From: Bacillota bacterium
GTDB taxonomy: Bacteria > Bacillota > Bacilli > Bacillales > Bacillaceae_B
Reading direction: 5' to 3'
NCBI GenBank assembly: GCA_051750565.1
Contig: JBNJJV010000007.1
Span: 98,901-162,900, forward strand
DNA: 64,000 nucleotides
Below, one piece after another: positions 54,898 to 63,218 of this stretch. Made by a program: the position numbers and the translations under genes. The stretch's first letter is position 1. Each line of letters opens with the position of its first letter. The notes under the pieces were generated by a model. That model was not told the DNA's origin and did not search any database. It worked only from the letters and a program-made list of their open reading frames with translations.

Positions 54898-56316
54898 ATG
54901 CAACATTACAATATGATTATAAACGGAGAAAAAATCGGAGCGGATCTTTCGAAGGTGGAGGTGACCAACCCCGCCACCTCAGAGGTCATTGCCACCATCG
55001 CGAACGGAGGCAAAAAAGAAGCTGCCAGCGCTGTTGACGCGGCTTATAGTGCATTCAAGGACTGGTCCCAATACTCTTCATACGAACGAAGTGAGCTTAT
55101 TCGCAAATGGTATGATTTAATTGATGAGAACAAAGAGGATCTTGCCCGTACCATGACTATGGAGCAAGGGAAACCATTAAAGGAAGCGCTTGGTGAAATC
55201 CAGTACGCCAACGGCTTCATCTCCTGGTACGCTGAGGAAGGAAAGCGTGTATACGGTGAACAAATTCCTGCTACTCAACGAAACAAACGTCTATTTGTTC
55301 ATAAGCAGCCTGTCGGGGTTGTAGCTGTTATCACCCCATGGAATTTCCCTGCTGCCATGATCACCCGTAAAGTCGCACCGGCTCTTGCGACTGGCTGTAC
55401 AGTCGTCATCAAACCAGCGGGACAAACACCCTTGACCGCTTTAAAAATGGCTGCTCTAGCCGAGGAAGCAGGCATCCCTAAAGGCGTAATCAACGTGGTG
55501 ACAGGCGATTCAAAATCGATCGGAGAAGCCTGGTTGGAGGATGCCCGTGTACGTAAACTCACCTTCACGGGTTCAACGGAGATCGGGAAGACCTTAATGA
55601 AAGGATCGGCTGATACTGTCAAGAAAATATCATTGGAACTGGGCGGTCACGCACCAGTGATCGTGATGGCTGACTCCGATCTAGAAAAAGCAGTCGAGGG
55701 AGTCATTGCCTCCAAATTCAGAAATGCAGGTCAAACCTGTGTCTGCTCCAACCGCATCTATGTTCATGAATCCATTGTTGATTCATTTACCGAAAAACTA
55801 GTTGAAAAAGTGAAGGATCTCAAAGTCGGTAACGGACTTGAAGAAGGTGTGGACATTGGTCCATTAATCGATGAGAATGCAGTAGAAAAAGTACAGAAGC
55901 ATGTGGAGGACGCTGTGAGCAAAGGAGCATCCGTTGTCTACGGAGGCAAAGGTAAAAACGGTTTATACTTTGAGCCGACTGTCATCACCAACGTACATGA
56001 TGACATGCTTTGCATGAAAGACGAAACATTCGGTCCAGTCGCTCCAATCACTACGTTTAAAACCGAAGAAGAAGCCATCGAACGGGCAAATAATTCCATC
56101 TACGGTCTTGCTGCTTATGTATTTACCGAAAATATCACAAAGGGCATACGAATCAGCGAGCAACTGGAATATGGAATTGTAGGATTGAACGATGGATCAC
56201 CTTCCACCCCACAGGCCCCATTTGGCGGATTCAAGCAAAGTGGTCTTGGCCGTGAAGGCGGACATCATGGCATTGAAGAGTATTTAGAAGTTAAATATAT
56301 TTCAGTAGGGTTGTAA
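54898..56316 (+). CDS. NAD(P)-dependent aldehyde dehydrogenase (succinate-semialdehyde dehydrogenase-like)
   Basis: FPAAMITRK, ELGGHAP and GQTCVCSNRIYV (catalytic Cys) are present. The RBS is AAGGAGG. Confidence 0.88.
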   Translation: MQHYNMIINGEKIGADLSKVEVTNPATSEVIATIANGGKKEAASAVDAAYSAFKDWSQYSSYERSELIRKWYDLIDENKEDLARTMTMEQGKPLKEALGEIQYANGFISWYAEEGKRVYGEQIPATQRNKRLFVHKQPVGVVAVITPWNFPAAMITRKVAPALATGCTVVIKPAGQTPLTALKMAALAEEAGIPKGVINVVTGDSKSIGEAWLEDARVRKLTFTGSTEIGKTLMKGSADTVKKISLELGGHAPVIVMADSDLEKAVEGVIASKFRNAGQTCVCSNRIYVHESIVDSFTEKLVEKVKDLKVGNGLEEGVDIGPLIDENAVEKVQKHVEDAVSKGASVVYGGKGKNGLYFEPTVITNVHDDMLCMKDETFGPVAPITTFKTEEEAIERANNSIYGLAAYVFTENITKGIRISEQLEYGIVGLNDGSPSTPQAPFGGFKQSGLGREGGHHGIEEYLEVKYISVGL

Positions 56317-56516
56317 ACGTTAAAGGCACGCATTCAGTTGTGTGCCTTTTTTCAAAATATCTTAATGCCGCCAGCCCTGCTGTTAACCAGAAAAAACGAA
56401 TATCCATTTTCATAACTCCCCTTTTCTAACGAATCTGTATCTTACCAATTTTTACTGATTGAAATAATCATACAAATCTAGAAAAATAGAAATTGATATT
56501 ATATTAGGAAAACTTA

Positions 56517-56828
56517 TTGACTGCGCTTTCTTCCTATGCTAGATTGTGTTTAATAATTAAATTCCACGACGAGAAAAAGTACGAGAAGGAACATGTTCTA
56601 AAGAGAGTCGGTGTATGCTGGGAGCCGGTGGACAGATCTTTACCGAAAATCATCTCCGAGATGCAAAGCTGAATTGGAGTAGGCTTTGACGGAATTCCAC
56701 CGTTATCAAGGGACATGTATGATTGTACATAGATAAGGTGCCGGAATGTTTCTTTATAGATCAACTTCCGGAATATGGGTGGTAACGCGAGTCCTAACTC
56801 GTCCCTGATCAGGGGCGGGTTTTTTTAT
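56517..56828 (+). promoter_or_regulatory. T-box leader (promoter TTGACT-17-TAGATT, stem I, T-box, terminator); probable Ile specifier ATC
   Basis: AGAGAG/GCTGGGAG stem-I elements are present. The specifier loop reads AGTA...GAAAATCA, with ATC at 56649-51 followed by A. The T-box is AATATGGGTGGTAACGCG (56772-89). The terminator is at 56797-56822, followed by T7. Confidence 0.8.
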
Positions 56829-56893
56829 GTGAAATAATCAGAATAATCAATAGAAGCTAATCATGATTTGGCTGAAGATTAGGAGGGGTTTGG

Positions 56894-58213
56894 ATGAGAA
56901 AAAAAGATGTGCTGGTTTCAGGTTTTATGCTTTTTTCTCTATTTTTCGGGGCTGGAAATTTAATATTTCCGCCATATCTTGGAATGGAATCAGGAGCTTA
57001 CTTTGCCGCAGCAATTGCCGGGTTTATTTTAACAGCAGTGTTCCTGCCTTTTTTAACGATCATTTCGGTATCGTTATCTACTAACGGATTATTGTCAATT
57101 GGCCAACGGGTCCATCCTGTCTTTGGACTTGTGTTCGCCATCGTGATTTATATGTCGATTGGAGCACTATACGGTATTCCAAGGGCGTCGAATGTTGCCT
57201 ATGAATTGGGATTTATGCAAGTGATTAGTGTGGATGGACAATTACCCTTGTTCTTATTCTCTCTTGTCTTTTTCGGATTAACCTACTTGCTCAGTATCAA
57301 TCCCAAAAAAGTGATTGATCTTGTCGGGCAGTTTTTAACGCCTGCCTTGCTCATTGTATTAGCGATACTCTGTGTACGGGCCTTTATGATCTTTGATTAT
57401 ACGGACGCTCAAGCAACTGAAAATTTCCAGTCCGATCCGTTTCTCAAAGGGTTTCTGGAAGGGTACTTCACCATGGATGCCGTGGCAGCCCTTGCCTTTG
57501 GGATTGTTATCATCAATGGATTGAAAGATAAAGGAGCGACGGATAAAAGGGAGCTGATAAGAGGGACAATCAGTTCAGGTATGATTGCAGTAGTCGGCTT
57601 AATCATGGTGTATCTTTCACTCGGATGGATCGGACGGGTTGTTCCGCATGAAGAGCCACTTCAAAATGGAGCAGAAATATTGGTTCTTGCTTCTCATCAA
57701 TTATTTGGATACAGCGGGAATGTGTTATTTGGAGCCATAGTGATGATTGCTTGTTTAACGACCTGTATCGGCCTCATCAATGCTTGCGGACGTTTTTTCA
57801 ATGAAAATTTCCCCAGGTATTCATATAACACTTATGTAATGATTTTCATCCTCATCGGGTTGGCCGTGACCAATCTTGGCCTGAATTTGATATTGAAGGT
57901 GGCTACACCGTTACTCGTTCTAATTTATCCTGTAGCTATTGTGCTCGTAGTCCTCTCTCTCTTCCAGCATTTCTTTGGGGAAAGTAAGAGAATGTATGTG
58001 TATGGAGTAGGGGTCGCAACATTATTTGCCTTTTACGAAATGCTGATGACGCTAAAAATTCAGATGGGTGGAATTCAATCTATCTTGGCATTCCTTCCCC
58101 TCAGTGAAAACGGCCTGGCCTGGACCCTTCCTACCCTCTTGGTAGTCGTGATTGGGTATGCCATAGACCTGGCCCAAAGGAAAATCACCTTTCCTTCAAA
58201 GTTTAACTCTTAA
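56894..58213 (+). CDS. brnQ: Branched-chain amino acid transport system II carrier
   Basis: MRKKDVLVSGFMLFSLFFGAGNLIFPPYLGMESG... Confidence 0.9.
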   Translation: MRKKDVLVSGFMLFSLFFGAGNLIFPPYLGMESGAYFAAAIAGFILTAVFLPFLTIISVSLSTNGLLSIGQRVHPVFGLVFAIVIYMSIGALYGIPRASNVAYELGFMQVISVDGQLPLFLFSLVFFGLTYLLSINPKKVIDLVGQFLTPALLIVLAILCVRAFMIFDYTDAQATENFQSDPFLKGFLEGYFTMDAVAALAFGIVIINGLKDKGATDKRELIRGTISSGMIAVVGLIMVYLSLGWIGRVVPHEEPLQNGAEILVLASHQLFGYSGNVLFGAIVMIACLTTCIGLINACGRFFNENFPRYSYNTYVMIFILIGLAVTNLGLNLILKVATPLLVLIYPVAIVLVVLSLFQHFFGESKRMYVYGVGVATLFAFYEMLMTLKIQMGGIQSILAFLPLSENGLAWTLPTLLVVVIGYAIDLAQRKITFPSKFNS

Positions 58214-58221
58214 TTTCAAAA

Positions 58222-58233
58222 GAGGGACGGACC
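58222..58233 (+). repeat. Single arm GAGGGACGGACC followed by a conventional terminator hairpin
   Basis: It lies 8 nt after the brnQ stop. AGCAACAAGG...CCTTGCTGCT followed by T6 sits at about 58243-58290. Confidence 0.85.
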
Positions 58234-58295
58234 TCTAAAAAAGCAACAAGGCAATGGGTGAATTTCTCACGCATTCCTTGCTGCTTTTTTGATTT

Positions 58296-58760
58296 TCAGG
58301 AAGTTTGATTTGTTGCTTTTTGGTAGACGTTCATGGAACCACCGCTCAGTCCAATGGCTTCTGCCGTGTGAGTCCATCCGTATTTTTCATAATAACCTAC
58401 CAGATCCGTTGTTAGGTATAGATGTTTGTAGCCTTTTTCATAGGCTTCCCGTAATGCATGCTTGAGGAGGCTCGAACCAAGTCCTTTCCCTCTGTGGTCC
58501 GGGTCAATGTAGAGGCAAGCAAACCATGGAAACAGGTCTTGCCTACTATTCAGATCGTTTCTGAGCAGCGCGTACGTCCCTATGATTTGTTCTTCCTCTA
58601 AAGCGATATAAAATCGCGGTAAGTCCTCTTCGGTACGGCAGGAATGGAACATACAATCGTGATAGAACCTGTAATTCTCCTCACTTCCCCACTGTCCCCA
58701 GAAAGCTTTCACTGCTTCCTCAAAAATACTTGAATTCTTTTGTAACTCCAATATTTTCAT
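58296..58760 (-). CDS. GNAT-family N-acetyltransferase
   Basis: MKILELQKNSSIFEEAVKAFWGQWG...HRGKGLGSSLLKHAL. ATG 58760 follows GAGAGGA. Confidence 0.8.
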   Translation of the reverse strand: MKILELQKNSSIFEEAVKAFWGQWGSEENYRFYHDCMFHSCRTEEDLPRFYIALEEEQIIGTYALLRNDLNSRQDLFPWFACLYIDPDHRGKGLGSSLLKHALREAYEKGYKHLYLTTDLVGYYEKYGWTHTAEAIGLSGGSMNVYQKATNQTS

Positions 58761-58906
58761 TGTTACTTTCCTCTCTTTACTGAATAAACGTATTTTTATA
58801 GGATTCTTCATTGAGGAAGGAAAACCTCTATTTCAATAAAAAAGCCACGCTCTGCATTGAGCGTGCCCTTATTAATTGATCAGTAAGCCCCATCTGAATA
58901 CGTTCA

Positions 58907-59310
58907 TTAGTAGCTATGTGAGTAAATCTCAAAAATATTCCCGAACGGATTTTTTACACCATACGGTAAGGCTTTTCCCCGGGATAATACTCACGGATCG
59001 GCATGCGCTGTTTACCGCCGTGCTGTTTGATTTTTTCAACCACGCCTTCTACATCAGGGTTCTGGATACAGAAATGGAATAGTCCTGTTTTCCAATACTC
59101 GAAGTTATTCTCCGGCTTTTCGTTGTGAGGAAACTCAAACAGCTCCACTCCGATTTTATCACCGTTGCCAGGTGAGCAATTCTGAATTTCTCCCCATCAT
59201 TCCCGAATACATCACCGACATCTGCACGAAACCCGAAGAAGCCAATACATTTTACACAGAGGTGTTCGGATGGTACACCATCATGGAGCCTTCCGATGTG
59301 GATCCTTTCT
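58907..59310 (-). pseudogene. VOC/glyoxalase-family gene remnants (two frameshifts; N-terminal piece readable on the opposite strand)
   Basis: The minus strand reads ..GNDGEKFRIAHLAT / GDKIGVELFEFPHNEKPENNFEYWKTGLFHFCIQNPDVEGVVEKIKQHGGKQRMPIREYYPGEKPY / YGVKNPFGNIFEIYSHSY*. The plus strand (59172-59300) reads ..PEYITDICTKPEEANTFYTEVFGWYTIMEPSDV. Confidence 0.5.
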
Positions 59311-59324
59311 TAACAAAACGAAAA

Positions 59325-59945
59325 TTATATCAGGTCAATGAGAATATAAGAACTGAATGTCGTAATGATGATTCCCGCCACCCGATTGATCATCGTTAAC
59401 GAGTCCGATTCAATCCGACTGCTTAACCATCCTCCTACCAAGGCAACCGTCCCCCACCATAAAGCGGATCCACAAAAGACACCCCAAACGACGAGCAATG
59501 CGGATACTACGCTGCCATCAGAACCGGTTACGCGAAAGACACCAAATATGGCTATAAATGCAAGGATGGTCAACGGATTCGTAAGCGTCAAAAGAAAGAC
59601 TGAGAGAAACCCTTTCAAAGAATAAGTGGTTTGCGATTCACCAGTCTTAAATGGTGCCGTTTGTGAAGTGAATGTCTTCCATCCTAATAAGAATAGAAAC
59701 ACCCCTCCCCATAATTGAATCCAGAACTGGTGATCAAGAAGGAAATCGGAAACAATCGTAAGCCCCATGACAGCGACCAATCCGTATAGTGCATCTGCAG
59801 TAGCAGCACCCAACCCCGATACAAAACCTGTCCTTCTCCCATATGTCAATGTCCGCTGAATACAAAGGATACCGACTGGACCTACAGGAGCAGCAATGGT
59901 GACTCCTATGATGAAACTCTTTAAAAATAAAATAGGATCGATCAT
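59325..59945 (-). CDS. LysE/RhtB-family amino-acid exporter
   Basis: MIDPILFLKSFIIGVTIAAPVGPVGILCIQRTLTYGRRTGFVSGLGAATADALY... Confidence 0.85.
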   Translation of the reverse strand: MIDPILFLKSFIIGVTIAAPVGPVGILCIQRTLTYGRRTGFVSGLGAATADALYGLVAVMGLTIVSDFLLDHQFWIQLWGGVFLFLLGWKTFTSQTAPFKTGESQTTYSLKGFLSVFLLTLTNPLTILAFIAIFGVFRVTGSDGSVVSALLVVWGVFCGSALWWGTVALVGGWLSSRIESDSLTMINRVAGIIITTFSSYILIDLI

Positions 59946-59955
59946 GGTCCTGCCG

Positions 59956-60153
59956 CTAATCTAAAGAAAACTTGTGTGGTGGTAGTGGTAATGCAGAACT
60001 CACTATGAACGAATCCATGACCATCGTCATTTTGGACCTGGTTATTGCCGGCAGGCTCTTAACTTCATCACTGATGACACGACCCAGATCCTTTGTATTT
60101 CTACTCCGTATTTTCAAAAGATAATCATCCTCCCCGGCGAAATGTGTACATCC
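59956..60153 (-). pseudogene. Lrp/AsnC-family regulator, C-terminal (RAM) domain only
   Basis: It has no start codon: ..GCTHFAGEDDYLLKIRSRNTKDLGRVISDEVKSLPAITRSKMTMVMDSFIVSSALPLP..*. The stop lies 11 nt before the lysE ATG. The HTH half is missing. Confidence 0.65.
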
Positions 60154-60207
60154 ATGTGATTACCCCATTTCATTAAATTATAATATTATAAATTGTTTTT
60201 TGTAGAA

Positions 60208-60219
60208 GAGGGACGGACC
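60208..60219 (+). repeat. Single arm GAGGGACGGACC
   Basis: Exact 12-mer about 55 bp beyond the break in the lrp fragment. Confidence 0.9.
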
Positions 60220-60393
60220 TTCAATTGGTTTCCCCTTTAAAACCTTGGTCAGGCTATAAAGTAATTCATTTAATATATGCGGAGTTTCTAATCCTTTATG
60301 TACTTTTTCCGAGAAACCATATAAAAGATCTTTGCTTCATTCTTCGATTCAATTTATCCTTAAAGTAAGTGAACAAGGATTGGAGGAAGATCG

Positions 60394-60750
60394 ATGTCTA
60401 TCGTTCTAAAGAGAATTTATAATGAACCTCCCCAATTAGGCGGTCATCGCATTTTGATTGACCGGGTTTGGCCACGTGGAATTTCAAAAGAGGTTGCCAA
60501 CTTGGATGAGTGGATGAAGGAAATTACGCCAAGCCCACCCTTAAGAAAATGGTTTAATCATGAGCAGGAAAAGTTCGAGGAATTTAAAAAAGCCTACAAA
60601 GAAGAACTTAATCAAGATGATAAAAAACAAAAGAAGCTGCAGGAACTGAAGGAAATGTCTGCTAACGAACGCTTAGTCCTTCTCTACGGTGCAAAAGATG
60701 AGCGGCACAACCATGCCGTTGTGTTAAAAGAAGTATTAGACGATTTGTAA
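60394..60750 (+). CDS. DUF488 (YeaO-like) protein
   Basis: MSIVLKRIYNEPPQLGGHRILIDRVWPRGISKEVANLDEWMKEITPSPPLRKWFNH... Confidence 0.75.
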   Translation: MSIVLKRIYNEPPQLGGHRILIDRVWPRGISKEVANLDEWMKEITPSPPLRKWFNHEQEKFEEFKKAYKEELNQDDKKQKKLQELKEMSANERLVLLYGAKDERHNHAVVLKEVLDDL

Positions 60751-60816
60751 GAGGGACGGACCTCTAAAATCAGCAGAAAACCATTAGGTTAATCACTTAT
60801 TGGAGGTCCGTCCCTC
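60751..60816. repeat. Long-form GAGGGACGGACC hairpin element (sub-family with AACCATNAGGTTAATC core)
   Basis: The arms are at 60751-62 and 60805-16. It starts directly after the DUF488 stop and ends 5 nt from the tauE stop. Confidence 0.85.
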
Positions 60817-60821
60817 TTAAA

Positions 60822-61538
60822 TTAAATGCTTTCTATCAGCAGATAGATTCCCGTAAATAGCAGGAGGAGATAGGTAAAGATATGAAAGATTTTTTGATTG
60901 ATTTTGCTGAATAAAGCTTGTCCTAACACGAGACCTACGGCTACTACGGGTAATGCCTGCAAGCTTGATTTCCAAACCGTAAGAGTAGTCCCCGCCACTT
61001 TCACTTGGATCACTAAACTGACGAGATAGATGAACAAATAAAAGGCAAGGGTTGTTCCTCGAAGCTTCTCTTTTCTTGTCTCAGTGCCTGAAAAATATAG
61101 AAGCAGGGGCGGTCCAGGCATACCAATACTTGTGGTCAGTACTCCAGACAATCCCCCTGCCAGAAAGTCCCGCATTTTTGACTGCATGATGCGGAATTTC
61201 ATGATAAGTAAAACCGTCAGCAGTATGATGATCAAGCTAATTGAGATCTTTAAGAGACTCATATCAATAAGAATGAAAACCAATATACCCATTGGTAAAC
61301 CAGGAATGCTCCCAATTATAAACCTTTTCACAAGAGGAAAATCAATGTCCCGTCTAATTTTCACTAGTAGTGCCAGTGAGATCACAAGGGATAAGATCAA
61401 ATTAATCTGTATCGCTTCTTTAGCTGGAAACAAGAGCAATAAAAATGGTGTTGCCATTATGGAAAATCCGAAACCGGTACTAGTTTGCAATATTGATGCA
61501 CATAAAATGATAGTCATAAACAAGATAAACGTACTCAA
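60822..61538 (-). CDS. TauE/SafE-family anion exporter
   Basis: (M)STFILFMTIILCASILQTSTGFGFSIMATPFLLLLFP... TTG 61538 overlaps the upstream TGA (TTGA) and follows GGGGGAA. The ORF-track start 61637 is too long. Confidence 0.75.
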   Translation of the reverse strand: MSTFILFMTIILCASILQTSTGFGFSIMATPFLLLLFPAKEAIQINLILSLVISLALLVKIRRDIDFPLVKRFIIGSIPGLPMGILVFILIDMSLLKISISLIIILLTVLLIMKFRIMQSKMRDFLAGGLSGVLTTSIGMPGPPLLLYFSGTETRKEKLRGTTLAFYLFIYLVSLVIQVKVAGTTLTVWKSSLQALPVVAVGLVLGQALFSKINQKIFHIFTYLLLLFTGIYLLIESI

Positions 61539-62572
61539 GAAACATTCCCCCTGGTGATTCTTTCGAAATGATAACCATTCGAACCCACCCATAAACCAAT
61601 TTCGGTTATTAGAAATAGGAACACAATCCACGCCCAAAAATGTAAGAAGCCTCTATGAAAATCATAAAACGCATTCAAATAATAAGGGTTCTCATGCATG
61701 GTCATGGTAAAAGCATAGAACATTCCGAAGGTGAAATTCCGCGACCATTGACTTATATGATAGGTAAAAACCCCTTTTTTCCATCCCAGCATCTGAATCC
61801 GTTTGACAGCTCTCACCATTTCCAACAATTCCACACTAATTAGGAGGACAAACACAAGGAGCCAAAAAACCATTATAAACATCCCAGACATCATCTGTGA
61901 AGAAACGATTGCCAGACCAGTAATGGATAAAGCACCGTGAATGATACAGTTTGTGCTCGACCAATCGTCAATGATGGTCCAAGGATTTCCTATCGCATAA
62001 CGAAGCACAATCAATGTTATTCCGATCAAATAAAAAAAGATACCAAGTGACATCACCCCAATCAGCAATCCCTCCGGTAGAGCAGGAAAGATCTTCACCC
62101 AAAAAATCACCAATGATTGGGTAGCAACGGTAGACAGTAGCACAACCCCATGAGCAGAATGCGCTGTCGGTCGTTTCATCATCTCTTTAAAATGGTAGAA
62201 GCAGTTTGCCAAAAAGCAGACCCACAAAAGAGTATTTATAAGCATAATGACCTGTACACCCACGCTCATATCAGGAAAATATTTGACGATCACATTACTC
62301 AATACCGAAATGCCCGCAACCCACGATCCAATCACGAAAGAATGAACAGGATTCCGTATAAAAGCAAATAAAAATGGTTTAATTAACAATTGTTTAAAAA
62401 GAGATTTATAAATAATGGCAGCCAACACAATCAAGGACACAGTCAGTATTCTTCCAGTGATGTGGTTAACCCATGTAAAAGCATCAATGGCAGCATAAAG
62501 AAAAATTCCTAGAGCCATAATGATGGCACCTGAAGCCGGATTGATGATTTCTTCGTTTTCTTTACGTTTCAT
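61535..62572 (-). CDS. 10-TM membrane protein, TDT/TehA/SLAC1-like (tentative)
   Basis: MKRKENEEIINPASGAIIMALGIFLYAAIDAF... ATG 62572 overlaps the upstream gene by 11 nt. The family guess is by eye. Confidence 0.6.
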   Translation of the reverse strand: MKRKENEEIINPASGAIIMALGIFLYAAIDAFTWVNHITGRILTVSLIVLAAIIYKSLFKQLLIKPFLFAFIRNPVHSFVIGSWVAGISVLSNVIVKYFPDMSVGVQVIMLINTLLWVCFLANCFYHFKEMMKRPTAHSAHGVVLLSTVATQSLVIFWVKIFPALPEGLLIGVMSLGIFFYLIGITLIVLRYAIGNPWTIIDDWSSTNCIIHGALSITGLAIVSSQMMSGMFIMVFWLLVFVLLISVELLEMVRAVKRIQMLGWKKGVFTYHISQWSRNFTFGMFYAFTMTMHENPYYLNAFYDFHRGFLHFWAWIVFLFLITEIGLWVGSNGYHFERITRGNVS

Positions 62573-63158
62573 CCTGATGCTCAGAGACCTCCCTTCTATC
62601 TTTTGAATCGCGAAGCCACATAATAAGATCATCATGTGGAAAATGAATCCTTGTACCAGAGATAAGCTTTGGAAGAAAACTACCAAGGCTATCAACTAAT
62701 ATTTGCAATTCCTCCAGCACATACCCGTTCTCAAACTCCTCCATGGAAACGGGTAGCTCCTCCTCATCCAGAACGGAAGCTTTTCCATCGGCAAATACGA
62801 GGACATCTATGATGAGATCTTCGAAAGACACTACTTCATTGTTTATGTTAGTATTTCTGACAATATTAAAATAGGACCCTAAATACTCACCCCTATGACC
62901 TCTCCAAATATACACATTATAAGCACGATCCTTCCAATAGTACGCCAGGGTGTAGCTTCCCTCAGGGATGGTTAAGCTTGATTGGTTTGTTGTCATGGTA
63001 AAGGCATCTTCTATTTTATGAAAAAGGACCACATCTTCAACTCCCGCCTTCAAAAGCCGGCAGTGATGTTCCACCACTCTTCCGTCATAACCTATCTTTC
63101 TCTCTATAATCGGGTCACCAACCTGAAGGGGACTCCCCATCGCATTCTCATTCACCAA
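62562..63158 (-). CDS. DUF402 (FomD/Ntdp-like nucleotide phosphatase family) protein
   Basis: ...YTLAYYWKDRAYNVYIWRGHRGEYLGSYFNIV...EDLIIDVLVFADGKASVLDEEEL... The start is TTG/GTG at 63158/63155 after AGGAGGGA. Confidence 0.65.
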   Translation of the reverse strand: MVNENAMGSPLQVGDPIIERKIGYDGRVVEHHCRLLKAGVEDVVLFHKIEDAFTMTTNQSSLTIPEGSYTLAYYWKDRAYNVYIWRGHRGEYLGSYFNIVRNTNINNEVVSFEDLIIDVLVFADGKASVLDEEELPVSMEEFENGYVLEELQILVDSLGSFLPKLISGTRIHFPHDDLIMWLRDSKDRREVSEHQDET

Positions 63159-63218
63159 TCATCCCTCCTAAACTCTAATTACTTGCTATATAAGTTTATC
63201 ATTTCAGCAAATTTGGAA

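Noticed and set aside
56317-56420. Approximately 40-aa minus-strand ORF after GGGGAG (MKMDIRFFWLTAGLAALRYF...)
   Set aside because: The RBS spacing is poor. The ORF runs through the ALDH terminator hairpin into the ALDH coding region, so it is probably fortuitous.
56534-56764. 76-aa minus-strand ORF
   Set aside because: It lies entirely inside the T-box leader of brnQ, in antisense.
59172-59399. 75-aa + strand ORF as an intact gene
   Set aside because: Only its first ~40 codons look like protein (the VOC N-terminal motif). The rest is antisense to the lysE 3' end, and there is no RBS. I treat it as a pseudogene fragment.
61084-61557. 157-aa + strand ORF
   Set aside because: It is antisense to the TauE/SafE membrane-protein gene, has biased composition and no RBS.
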